This document shows positions 43,992 to 52,330 of a DNA stretch of 56,488 bases, piece after piece (within the stretch, counting starts at the first letter, position 1; each line of letters opens with the position of its first letter). Source of the stretch: Nanobdellota archaeon (lineage in GTDB: Archaea; Nanobdellota; Nanobdellia; Woesearchaeales; JAHJEM01). The stretch is taken from assembly GCA_043825215.1 (NCBI GenBank), contig JBDRSD010000065.1, positions 1 to 56,488 of the forward strand. The letters are read 5' to 3'. Made by a program: the position numbers and the translations under genes. The notes under the pieces are model-generated. The model was given only the letters and a program-made list of their open reading frames with translations, was not told the DNA's origin and ran no database searches.

Positions 43992-44846
43992 ATGAGAAAA
44001 AGATTCCTCATCCCTTTGCTGGCTCTCTCCCTGGGACATGGAGCATCCGGTCTTGAGGTGATGATGCCAAACTCTGTCCGAGAGGAGAGAGTGAATTCGT
44101 TAGAACTGACAGTCACAGGAGCCAACGAAAAAAACCTGCGGTCATACATCATGGACGAGATACACGCAAACTACCCGTCTATCAGGGTATTCGGGTGCTA
44201 TCTTGACCAGATCGAGAATCACCTCACGCCATTTGTCGAGTACATCCCTCCCGATTCCACCTTCGCCTTCACAATTGACATCCCCAAGTATTTCTTCAGG
44301 GAAGAGATCGGTGTATGGGTTAAAATCAAGCGGAAGGAAAAGACTCTTGAATTGTTTTCCACAAATCCCAAGGATAGCCTGCTTTTTAAGACCGATGTCG
44401 CCCTTGGAGGTCGGCATGAGAACCCGCGTACAGGGAAGGAACAGGATTTTTTTACAGCCAGAGGAACATATTTTTTCAATAGAATCGTGAAAGACCCCTG
44501 GTGGTATCCTGACGACTGGTCTGAGTATGAGGAACCCTTTCCTCCGGGTGTGGGAAACCCTTTTGGTGGGTGGATGACGGAATTGGCCAGGAGTCCAGTC
44601 AGGGGATTATACGATTTTAAGGCAGCGCGAAACCAGACTGGGATGCGCATCCATTCAACGTGGTATTCTCCGCGCTTCCATTATACAATCTCAACACACG
44701 GATGCGTCCGCATGCAAAAGGATGCTGCTGACGAGATCTTCCACGCGCTTCTCCGCTATCTCCCGCACAGGGAGCCGATGACGACGAATCGGGGAACCAT
44801 TTATCCGCTTCTCACCCCGATCAAGGTCGTTATCTGTGACGAGTAA
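43992..44846 (+). CDS. Secreted YkuD-family L,D-transpeptidase-like protein
   Basis: Signal peptide 'MRKRFLIPLLALSLGHGASG' and the catalytic signature 'IHSTWYSPRFHYTISTHGCVRM' (His...(S/T)HGC(I/V)R). Confidence 0.75.
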   Translation: MRKRFLIPLLALSLGHGASGLEVMMPNSVREERVNSLELTVTGANEKNLRSYIMDEIHANYPSIRVFGCYLDQIENHLTPFVEYIPPDSTFAFTIDIPKYFFREEIGVWVKIKRKEKTLELFSTNPKDSLLFKTDVALGGRHENPRTGKEQDFFTARGTYFFNRIVKDPWWYPDDWSEYEEPFPPGVGNPFGGWMTELARSPVRGLYDFKAARNQTGMRIHSTWYSPRFHYTISTHGCVRMQKDAADEIFHALLRYLPHREPMTTNRGTIYPLLTPIKVVICDE

Positions 44847-44933
44847 ACTGCTCCTGCTGTGCCCATCCAGCGTAAAGTATATAAATGCGTTCTCAATAAA
44901 GGGAGTCCATACGAAGGATTATGAGGGGAGACT

Positions 44934-45488
44934 ATGAGAAAGAAGGAAGAGAACGCTATCGTCTTGGATTTCTTGCCGAACGGCTATCCCTTCGACATGC
45001 GCCCCATCCATCAGAAGACTGCGATCGCCCAGGCGTTGGGCAAGGATAATTTCACGCTTCTTGAGCTTGTCCCGAAGAAAGGGATTTTCCTGCAGCCGCT
45101 TGAAGAAGTCTACATCGGAGACCAGAAGCGGGACAAGATCCATCACATCAATGGAAAGATTGATGCGGATAAGCTGACGCAGACTGCGCGGGCTGAGCTT
45201 GAGCACGTTGTGGACAAGCTGGTCCAGACAAGCCCGCAGCGCTTTGTGGATTTCTTCAATTCTGCCCAGCCGCTCTCGACGCGTATGCATACGATCGAGC
45301 TTCTCCCAGGGGTTGGAAAGAAGCACATGTGGGAGATCATCGAACAAAGGAAAGAGAAGCCTTTTGAGAGTTTTGAGGACATCAAGAAACGCGTGAAGCT
45401 CATCTCTGAACCCCAGAAGATCGTCTCACGGCGAATCATTTCTGAAGTGCTGGGAAAAGAGAAGCATAAGATTTTTGTGGAGAGATGA
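44934..45488 (+). CDS. DUF655-family archaeal RNA/nucleotide-binding protein
   Basis: 'EENAIVLDFLPNGYPFD' N-terminus and a C-terminal HhH-like 'LLPGVGKKHMWEIIEQR'. Own TATA (GTATATAAAT, ~44877-44886). Confidence 0.7.
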   Translation: MRKKEENAIVLDFLPNGYPFDMRPIHQKTAIAQALGKDNFTLLELVPKKGIFLQPLEEVYIGDQKRDKIHHINGKIDADKLTQTARAELEHVVDKLVQTSPQRFVDFFNSAQPLSTRMHTIELLPGVGKKHMWEIIEQRKEKPFESFEDIKKRVKLISEPQKIVSRRIISEVLGKEKHKIFVER

Positions 45489-45847
45489 TGACCTATTCAT
45501 TAAGTCCTATGGAGAGACTGTGTATTGCAACCAAATCAATTGTTAAGACAACCCAAGTTTGTTTAACAGCACTGGTTGACGATCGTACAATTGCTAATCT
45601 TATGTATGTTGAAAATGCCAATACGCAGTCACAACTTCCGCATAATTTCGATTCAATTTTAACAACAGAACTTGAGTATCCTCCTTCTTTTCAAATGGAA
45701 AATCACGCAAAGCAAATCCAGAGAGACAGTGCTCCTCTTCCCATCTTTAATCCTGCTCTTACAGAGAGAATTTATAGATATTTTACCATGAAGTATGCCT
45801 ACAAAGCTGAATACACAAAACGAGTGGCCTTATCCGTCGTCGAATAA
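45485..45847 (+). CDS. Hypothetical 120-aa protein
   Basis: ATGA overlap with the DUF655 gene. No motif. Confidence 0.4.
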   Translation: MMTYSLSPMERLCIATKSIVKTTQVCLTALVDDRTIANLMYVENANTQSQLPHNFDSILTTELEYPPSFQMENHAKQIQRDSAPLPIFNPALTERIYRYFTMKYAYKAEYTKRVALSVVE

Positions 45848-45918
45848 TCTATATTTGATGATCTTCTCGAATACGAAAAGACAGGAAGAATAAAAGAAGA
45901 AAGAAAACTTAAAAAAAA

Positions 45919-46488
45919 TTAATGCCGTCTCAGATTCGCGCGTCTGCTCGGTCGGATCTTTTCTGCGCCCTTTCCTTTGCGCAGGAATCCTCTGGATTTC
46001 TTGCCAGATGAGGTGAGCCCTCGCTTCACGCGGCCGTGCTCATTTGCAATCCATGATATTCTTTGATCAGATAGGATGGATGGGTGGCTTCTGTCTACGA
46101 GGATGATCTCGTACCAGTAGGACACGCCGTCTTTTGCGACCCAGTAAGAATTCAGGACCTCGCAATTCGGGTACTTACTGACTGCACGGTCTTCTGCGAC
46201 GCGTTGGTAGTTGATGCGAAGGTCCAGTTTTTGTGATGAGTGTGCTGTGCGACGGCCTCCTTTGATGTCAGGTCTCCTTTTCCCGCCTCTTTTTATGCGT
46301 TGTCGAACAATGACGTAGCCTTCTTTTGCTTTATAGCCAAGGCTTCGTGCTCTATCAATTCGTGTAGGATGTTCTATTCGTGTTGTGACATTATCTTTTC
46401 TCCAAAGAATGAGTCGTTCTTTCCACAGCGCTTTAAGGTTTTTCTTTGGCTGTTTCCATGCTTGTCTGACGTATTTGAGATATCCCAT
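45919..46488 (-). CDS. rpl15e: Ribosomal protein L15e
   Basis: 'MGYLKYVRQAWKQPKK...TRIEHPTRIDRARSLGYKAKEGYVIVRQRIKRGG'. An alternative ATG is at 46500. Confidence 0.9.
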   Translation of the reverse strand: MGYLKYVRQAWKQPKKNLKALWKERLILWRKDNVTTRIEHPTRIDRARSLGYKAKEGYVIVRQRIKRGGKRRPDIKGGRRTAHSSQKLDLRINYQRVAEDRAVSKYPNCEVLNSYWVAKDGVSYWYEIILVDRSHPSILSDQRISWIANEHGRVKRGLTSSGKKSRGFLRKGKGAEKIRPSRRANLRRH

Positions 46489-46759
46489 TTCGGCCTCCAT
46501 AGCAAGGGATCAGAACTCAGCCGGCCGCTAACCGGTGCTGGTGTTGCCCCTTTGCCTTTTTTTATGCTGACGAATGGCGTGCCGCAACCGTTGGCTGCGT
46601 TCCGACCGCTGTCAGCTGTCTTCCGATTCAGGCAAGCCATCGCCTACAGCTCGGAGAACTAGTATGAAAAACCGCGGGTCTTTTATAAAGGTATCGGGAA
46701 GTTTGTTCTGTGAATGGAAGGCATAACATTTATATACCTCCAAACCTTAGCAGGATGTT

Positions 46760-47086
46760 ATGGAGACAAATGATAGTGACTTGCTTGCTTTGGGGGGAAA
46801 TATTCAGCTTGCTGGTTTTTCTGTTCTTGATAAGTCTGAGCTTATCGTCGTGAAGAAGGTTGTGGGAAGCTATGCGAGAAAGTTCTCTGACCAGTACACG
46901 GGATTTCAGGGCCTGCATTTGACCTTGAAGGAGCTTCATAAGCGGGAGAAGTCTGAGATCTTCCAGGTGTCTGGCAGGGTAATCATTGACGGCAAGACGC
47001 ATGCTGTCGAGGATGATGACAGGAACCTGTTCTTCTGCATTGATGCGGTGATGAAGAAGTTGGAGACGGTTGCCCTGAAAGGGTGA
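46760..47086 (+). CDS. Hypothetical 108-aa protein
   Basis: Clean ORF ending 1 nt before the convergent rpl31e stop. Its alternating beta/alpha pattern is faintly HPF/YfiA-like, but this is unsupported. Confidence 0.4.
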   Translation: METNDSDLLALGGNIQLAGFSVLDKSELIVVKKVVGSYARKFSDQYTGFQGLHLTLKELHKREKSEIFQVSGRVIIDGKTHAVEDDDRNLFFCIDAVMKKLETVALKG

Positions 47087-47626
47087 TCACTCGGGATCAG
47101 TTTTTGGTTTTGCTTTTTTAGGAGTTTTTGCAGGGGCTTTTTTGCTCTTCTTTGGTTCTGTTGCTTTTTTCGCAGGTTCTTTGGTTGGGATTTCTTCCTT
47201 TTGTGCTGTCTCAGGTATTGTTTCTGCTGGCTCTTCTTTTTTTGCTGGCTCTTCCTGTTTTATCTCTTCTGTCTTCTTTTCTTCTTTTTCGTCAACACCG
47301 AGTTTTTTTGCGAGCTTGTCCTTGAGGGTCTTTGGCCCTTCCTTCTTCTTGGCTTTGACAGCTTCCTTGAATACATAACCAGAGAGTTCTGCTTTTGCAT
47401 GGTCATCTTCGATCCACACGTCTACTTTGATGTGGTGGGGAGGGTTCTTTCCGCCGTGCTTCCAGATGCGCTCGTTTAAGTGCATGCCGATCTTGACATC
47501 CTCTCGCTTGGTGTGCTGGATGAGGAATTCCCTGAGAATCGTGATTGCTTTTTTCGTGCGCTTCCAGCGCGGCGTGTTCATAAAGCCTGTTCGCAGGGGG
47601 ACGTTGTAGGATCGTTCGGTTGCCAT
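47087..47626 (-). CDS. rpl31e: Ribosomal protein L31e with a Lys/Glu/Pro-rich C-terminal extension
   Basis: 'ERSYNVPLRTGFMNTPRWKRTKKAITILREFLIQHTK..VKIGMHLNERIWKHGGKNPPHHIKV'. Internal ATG at 47626. Confidence 0.85.
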   Translation of the reverse strand: MATERSYNVPLRTGFMNTPRWKRTKKAITILREFLIQHTKREDVKIGMHLNERIWKHGGKNPPHHIKVDVWIEDDHAKAELSGYVFKEAVKAKKKEGPKTLKDKLAKKLGVDEKEEKKTEEIKQEEPAKKEEPAETIPETAQKEEIPTKEPAKKATEPKKSKKAPAKTPKKAKPKTDPE

Positions 47627-47799
47627 TATGCTTTGGTCTTGATGCGTCTCCAGCTGCGCTTGACTGTGGTATGGCGGCCAGGATGGACTCGTCGTCCGCG
47701 ACCGTATTTTTTTGGTACTGTCCAGAATGGCGCCCATTTGGTCTTTGTGCCCAGCTTTGTGAGTCTTTTTTTCCTGCTCTTGTGCTTGTAGGTCGCCAT
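47626..47799 (-). CDS. rpl39e: Ribosomal protein L39e (57 aa; not in the supplied ORF track)
   Basis: My own translation is MATYKHKSRKKRLTKLGTKTKWAPFWTVPKKYGRGRRVHPGRHTTVKRSWRRIKTKA*. The 'RSWRRIK' tail resembles the L39e 'RHWRRTK' tail. Its stop overlaps the rpl31e start (TAATG), and L39e-L31e is the conserved order. Confidence 0.75.
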   Translation of the reverse strand: MATYKHKSRKKRLTKLGTKTKWAPFWTVPKKYGRGRRVHPGRHTTVKRSWRRIKTKA

Positions 47800-47804
47800 G
47801 GTGT

Positions 47805-48218
47805 TTATGCTTTTGTTTTTTTGAAGTCGGAGAAGAGGATGTTTTGGCCTTTTGGGGTGATGACGCGGCCTTTGTGCTTGCCTTTGGCCTCTTGCTTGAC
47901 CAGGCCCTTTTGTTCGAGCTGCTGGAGGATGGTTCTGAGGATCTTTCCTGATCCCCGATAGAAGCGTTCTGTCTTATGCCCGCGATTTTTTATGCCGCCG
48001 TATTTTGTCCTGAGTTTTGACACGCCGATTGGCCCCATGCGATTCACCGTGCGAAGGACTGATGCTGCACGGGCATAGTACCAGTTCTCGTCTGTGGGTG
48101 CTCGTTCCTTGTGCATGCCTGTCTTGACCCACTGCGCCCATTCTGGCTTGTCTATGACTCCCTTGAGCTTTTCTGCTGCTTGCGCTGTTATTTGTGCTTC
48201 TGATGCTTTGACGACCAT
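47805..48218 (-). CDS. rps19e: Ribosomal protein S19e
   Basis: 'PEWAQWVKTGMHKERAPTDENWYYARAASVLRTVNRMGPIGVSKLRTKYGG'. Internal ATG at 48218 (MVVKASE). Confidence 0.9.
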   Translation of the reverse strand: MVVKASEAQITAQAAEKLKGVIDKPEWAQWVKTGMHKERAPTDENWYYARAASVLRTVNRMGPIGVSKLRTKYGGIKNRGHKTERFYRGSGKILRTILQQLEQKGLVKQEAKGKHKGRVITPKGQNILFSDFKKTKA

Positions 48219-48333
48219 TTTTTTCAGAAAATAAGGGCGGTTTAAAAAGCTTTTGCTTAGGCATCGAGGAGAGGACCTATAGAAACATTTATAAATCACG
48301 GCATCCCTAAAAAAACAAAAAGAGGTGACAGGT

Positions 48334-48948
48334 ATGCATAAGAAAGGTTCGCTCTCTTTAAGCGTCAATGCGATTGTGGTTTTCATTCTTGCTTTTGCCA
48401 TGCTTGGCGTCGGGCTCTTCTTTGTCAACAAGGTGCGTGGGTCTATTGATATTGATCCGAACTCGTTTTTGCCGAGCGACCAGTTGAAGAATCCTCCGAG
48501 TTCTGATGATCCTTTGACTATTGATAATGAGATCAAGATGAAGGCAAGAGACCAGAAGAAAGTGCTTGTCGGGTTTTATGCGAAGGGACAGGGATTCTCG
48601 TATGGGATTGAGTTCTCGATGCTGGAATGCACGAATGCAGAGACAGGAAAGAAATTGTACAGGACAATCAATGAAGAAAAGCTTGTGCCTGCTGTTAAGT
48701 GCTCAGCTCCAGAAGGTAGTTTATGTGTAGAACCATATTCACTCCCCAGCATCCTTCCGGCAGTTTCTGCAAGTATTCCTCAGGGCGAGCCAAAGGGCAT
48801 CCCTCAGATCCTCTCAGGCCAGAACGCCCTTTCAGTGGGCAGTTATGTCTGTACCATGGTCGCTGTCATACCTGATATTGCACCTTATCCAAATGAACGA
48901 GGGAAGGTTGTCGGCTCGAAATCGTTTTACTTGACTATCCAACCGTAG
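48334..48948 (+). CDS. Type IV pilin-like protein with a class III signal peptide
   Basis: 'MHKKG/SLSLSVNAIVVFILAFAMLGVGLFF': a short basic N-terminus, Gly, then a hydrophobic helix, which is a prepilin-peptidase substrate pattern. SD AGAGGTGA upstream. Confidence 0.65.
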   Translation: MHKKGSLSLSVNAIVVFILAFAMLGVGLFFVNKVRGSIDIDPNSFLPSDQLKNPPSSDDPLTIDNEIKMKARDQKKVLVGFYAKGQGFSYGIEFSMLECTNAETGKKLYRTINEEKLVPAVKCSAPEGSLCVEPYSLPSILPAVSASIPQGEPKGIPQILSGQNALSVGSYVCTMVAVIPDIAPYPNERGKVVGSKSFYLTIQP

Positions 48949-48961
48949 AGGTGAATGTGTT

Positions 48962-49180
48962 ATGAAAAGGCATATGACTCGGCAAGAGGAGTTTGAGATC
49001 ATGAAGCTTGTCCTGGACAAGTTCTTGTGGCTTGGCGTCCTCATCATGGGCTATGGATTCTATAAGATAATAACTCTTGACGACACGCTCTCCTATGGGT
49101 TCTCGATCATGCTTGCAGGAGCAATCATCCTCGTCATCTTCATGGTGCTCCTGGTCAAGGAATATAATTTCATGAAGTGA
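48962..49180 (+). CDS. Small 2-TM membrane protein in the pilin locus
   Basis: 72-aa ORF with two hydrophobic helices. It ends 1 nt before the next gene. Confidence 0.45.
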   Translation: MKRHMTRQEEFEIMKLVLDKFLWLGVLIMGYGFYKIITLDDTLSYGFSIMLAGAIILVIFMVLLVKEYNFMK

Positions 49181-49181
49181 A

Positions 49182-49727
49182 ATGAAAAAGGGAGTCGAAC
49201 TTGCTGTCAATTTTCTTGTCATCTTCATCCTGATGCTGGTGACGCTTGGAATAGGTCTTGCGCTTTTCTTCAAGATTAAGGCATCGACTGAGAAGATCAA
49301 CCAGGATGTGTCTGATGAGATCCGAAAGCAGATCGAGCAGGAGATGATCGATTCCGGATCGCGAATTGTCATCCCCTTCACCCTGCAGAAGATCAAGCGT
49401 GACAAGTCAGGGTATTTCTTCATAGGAATTGAGAACGTGAATGATGAAGAGCACACGTTTAAGATTCTGGTGACGCCCGTAACGGAAGAGAATGATATGC
49501 CCAGGTATATTGCCGCAGATGACGTGTTTAAGATAGATCCGCATGAGCGGGCGTATAGAAAAGTGTGGTTCTTTGTGCCAAAAGCGTCAAAACAGAAGCA
49601 GTTCATCTATGATGTGCGGATATGCTATAACATAGAAGGCGAGGATAATAATGAATGTCAAACCGATTCAGCTGCAACACCCGCTGCCTATCCTCCACTC
49701 AATAAGGTGTATGTGACACCGAAGTGA
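49182..49727 (+). CDS. Second type IV pilin-like protein
   Basis: 'MKKG/VELAVNFLVIFILMLVTLGIGLALFF' class III signal-peptide pattern. Confidence 0.65.
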   Translation: MKKGVELAVNFLVIFILMLVTLGIGLALFFKIKASTEKINQDVSDEIRKQIEQEMIDSGSRIVIPFTLQKIKRDKSGYFFIGIENVNDEEHTFKILVTPVTEENDMPRYIAADDVFKIDPHERAYRKVWFFVPKASKQKQFIYDVRICYNIEGEDNNECQTDSAATPAAYPPLNKVYVTPK

Positions 49728-49777
49728 TGTCTGTTATTCTATTACATATCGGTGAATGTCTTTACTTTCTTGCTTGA

Positions 49778-49985
49778 AGCGCCGTCTATGGCGGTGCGAC
49801 GGACAAATCTTCGCTATGCTCGATTTGTCCTACCTGCCAGCCCGGAGGGCCCATCCCCAGGCAGGTCGCACGCCACGACGGCGCAGACGCGTCGGGGGAC
49901 TTGCCCCCTTCGGGGTGACGCGTAGGATGCGCGAAGTGAAACGGAGCGCATCCGTCTGCCGCCGTTGGCGTGGCGTGCGTCATCA
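49778..49985 (+). ncRNA. GC-rich structured RNA candidate, distantly related to the family-1 element
   Basis: It is visibly more GC-rich than its flanks. Helices include GGACAAATC/GATTTGTCC, CCTGCC/GGCAGG, ACGCGTC/GACGCGT, CCCC-UUCG-GGGG and GGATGCGC/GCGCATCC. A long helix pairs GCACGCCACGACGGCGCAGAC with GTCTGCCGCCGTTGGCGTGGCGTGC. It shares CCAGCCCGG(G)AGGGC followed shortly by CAGGTCGC with copy D. The overlapping 83-aa Arg-rich ORF looks spurious. Confidence 0.55.
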
Positions 49986-50021
49986 GAAAAAGATAAACAG
50001 CATATAATGAATCAGCATTAT

Positions 50022-50693
50022 CTATAATACACTTACCATCTCAAACAATATCTTTTCAGGATCCTCTGCCTTGACTATTCCTGATGCGAGAAGTATTCCC
50101 TGCGCTCCAAGCTCAAGCGCGCGTTTCACGTCTTCTTTGGTCTTCACTCCTGCTCCGCAGAGGACGGGAATATCGGCAATCTTGTGCACGCGTTCGACTG
50201 TTTCCTTGATGACTTCCGGCCTTGCTGTGGAAACTGAGATGTCCCCGCCGATGAGTTCTGGCGGCTCGACTGCGATGAAATCAGGGTGGAATGCGGCGAC
50301 TGCTTCTGCGATGTCTGCGTTGTTTGCGCACACGACACTGATAAGTGCTGTTTCGCGTGCCCTGTCGACTGCTTTTTCGAGGACGTCTATTCGGTATTGG
50401 TCTTCGGAATGGTTGAGGAGCGTCCCTACGGCCCCGTTGTCCCGCAGGTTCTCTGCGAGTATCTTTCCTGTGTGGCTGCCATATTCGTCTGGGTCCATGT
50501 GCTGTGAGAGGACAGGGATAGATACAAGGGAGGATATCCTGTTCACGTCAGCAGGGGTCACTGCTATGGCGATTGATTTCTGTGTCTGAAGCTGTACTTT
50601 CTCGCAAAGGCGCGCGAGGTTGTCAGCATGGGCTCCTACGGATTCCTTGTAGGTCTTGAAGTTGATGATGAGAATGGGAAGTTGCAGCTTCAT
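50022..50693 (-). CDS. tpiA: Triosephosphate isomerase (archaeal type)
   Basis: 'ILIINFKTYKES', 'GTLLNHSE', 'VCANN', 'IAVEPPELIG'. 223 aa. Confidence 0.9.
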   Translation of the reverse strand: MKLQLPILIINFKTYKESVGAHADNLARLCEKVQLQTQKSIAIAVTPADVNRISSLVSIPVLSQHMDPDEYGSHTGKILAENLRDNGAVGTLLNHSEDQYRIDVLEKAVDRARETALISVVCANNADIAEAVAAFHPDFIAVEPPELIGGDISVSTARPEVIKETVERVHKIADIPVLCGAGVKTKEDVKRALELGAQGILLASGIVKAEDPEKILFEMVSVL

Positions 50694-50753
50694 ATCTCAC
50701 TTCAGGCATATAGGGGTTTATATAGCTTGTGCAGATAATTGAAAGAAATAGCT

Positions 50754-51125
50754 TCAGATGTCGAATTTTCTTCTCATCTTCTCGTATTCTTCGCGCTTTT
50801 TTCGCAGGTCTGCTGAGTCTCCGCTGACGTTCCGTATGCCCTTCGCTTCTGCCTTTCTTCCTGAGACTGTCTTTTGCACGTATTCCTTTCCTTCTTCGAG
50901 CTCTTCTTCAGTGAGCGTGGGATCGACATTCTCCCGTCCCCTGCTCGCTATTGACCTGTTGATATGTCCGAGCTCGTGGAAGGGGAGCCGTCCTGTGCAG
51001 CTCATGCAGTATTTCTTTCCTGCTGCCTCGTCGATGCACTCCTCGCAGATGGGCCTTGAGCACCATTCGCAAAGCCCTGCCTTGTCCAGGTTGTGTTCCT
51101 GGCATAGCCAATCCATGGTCACCAC
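50754..51125 (-). CDS. Zinc-finger (B-box-like) protein
   Basis: 'CQEH..CEWCSRPICEECI...KKYCMSC' Cys/His ladder with a charged C-terminus. Confidence 0.5.
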   Translation of the reverse strand: MVTMDWLCQEHNLDKAGLCEWCSRPICEECIDEAAGKKYCMSCTGRLPFHELGHINRSIASRGRENVDPTLTEEELEEGKEYVQKTVSGRKAEAKGIRNVSGDSADLRKKREEYEKMRRKFDI

Positions 51126-51231
51126 CCCGGGTTCACCATGGTATCTATGGTGGAACTAGTAGATAAATGTTGTGATTCATGAATGAAATAGTAAGGACAC
51201 AATTGATAATAGGTGTCTGTCATTCACTAAA

Positions 51232-51546
51232 ATGGGGGAAAATCTTTTAAAAGGGAGCTATTCTTTCTTCATGGATTCGGAGGCCACCATGAAACTTGTC
51301 AAGCATTTCAAGAAGAAATTTTTCAACAAGGCATTTGCCATCTATTTTGGCGTCGGCATCTTTTTCACCATATTAAGCTCGATCGGAGCGACGGTCGCAG
51401 GGGTCTTCTTACACGAAAGCCCGCAAACACTGTTCTGGACAAATTTCCTGCTTGTGAATGGCGTGCTTTTCATACTCAAGTACCTGACCTTTCTCAAGGT
51501 CGGCTTTGTGTCCGAGAAGAACCAGAAGAGAAAAATCCTTGTCTGA
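51232..51546 (+). CDS. Small membrane protein
   Basis: 2-3 hydrophobic helices, with several possible starts. Its 3' end overlaps the convergent lgt by about 50 nt. Confidence 0.4.
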   Translation: MGENLLKGSYSFFMDSEATMKLVKHFKKKFFNKAFAIYFGVGIFFTILSSIGATVAGVFLHESPQTLFWTNFLLVNGVLFILKYLTFLKVGFVSEKNQKRKILV

Positions 51547-52330
51547 TAAGAAGTATTGATCCGATGATGAACATGAAGAGGCTGAACCATTGGGCTTCCG
51601 CAATGCCTGTCCCGAAGATTCCTGGCTCGTCGCGGGTGAATGTGGTCAAGAAACGCAGGATGCCATAGAGGGTGATGAAGAGGTAGAAGTAGAATCCTGT
51701 CCCAAAGCGTCGTGTTTTTCTTTTCTCATCTTTCCTGAACAAAAAGTATTGCACGCCGGCGATGAAGAACGAATAGATCGCTTCATAGATCTGCGACGGG
51801 TGCCTGCACCCCTCAGGCGCATTTTGAATGTACTGGCTCTTGGAGTAATCAATGCACCAGGACACGTCTGTGATCTTTCCGTAGAGTTCGCCGTTGATAT
51901 AGTTTGCGATTCTCCCAAGACCCAGGAAGAGGCCGATTATTATTGCTGACCCGTCTGCTAGCGCGAGAAGCCGTACCTTGTATTTTCTTGAGAAGAGTAG
52001 GCCTGCAAGTATTCCGCCGATAAGACCACCATGGAAGGAGAGGCCGCCGTGCCAGATTTTCAGGATGTCTGCCGGATGAGAAAGATAATAGCCAGGTTCG
52101 AATACAAAGGTGTGGAAGAATCTGGCGCCGAGGATGATGCCGATGACGAGAACGATAATCAGACGATCAACAAGGTTTGGTGTGAGGTTCTTTATCTTTC
52201 CCTTCTTCGCAAGCCAAGTGTAGAAATAGTAGAGTGCGATAAATCCGATGATGTAGGCAAGGCTGTACCATCGGATGCCAAAGTCCCCCCATATCCTGAT
52301 GATGTAGGGGCTGATGTTATGCTGGAGCAC
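51494..52330 (-). CDS. lgt: Prolipoprotein diacylglyceryl transferase (bacterial-type Lgt)
   Basis: 'IRWYSLAYIIGF', 'WHGGLSFHGGLIGG', 'GRIANYINGELYG', 'RHPSQIYEA', 'YGILRFLTTFTRD'. These match the signature blocks of E. coli Lgt. Confidence 0.85.
   Translation of the reverse strand: MLQHNISPYIIRIWGDFGIRWYSLAYIIGFIALYYFYTWLAKKGKIKNLTPNLVDRLIIVLVIGIILGARFFHTFVFEPGYYLSHPADILKIWHGGLSFHGGLIGGILAGLLFSRKYKVRLLALADGSAIIIGLFLGLGRIANYINGELYGKITDVSWCIDYSKSQYIQNAPEGCRHPSQIYEAIYSFFIAGVQYFLFRKDEKRKTRRFGTGFYFYLFITLYGILRFLTTFTRDEPGIFGTGIAEAQWFSLFMFIIGSILLIRQGFFSSGSSRTQSRP

Noticed and set aside
46501-46660. Possible ncRNA upstream of rpl15e (moderately GC-rich, some complementarity, T-run at 46557-46565)
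   Set aside because: I found only a ~10-bp imperfect helix (46573-46583 / 46632-46642) and short palindromes. It has no tRNA-like arms and no similarity to the other elements, so the evidence is insufficient to call it.
49756-50007. 83-aa Arg-rich ORF
   Set aside because: It lies exactly on the GC-rich, highly self-complementary interval. Its Arg/Gly/Pro composition is what a GC-rich non-coding RNA yields on translation. No SD or promoter fits it.
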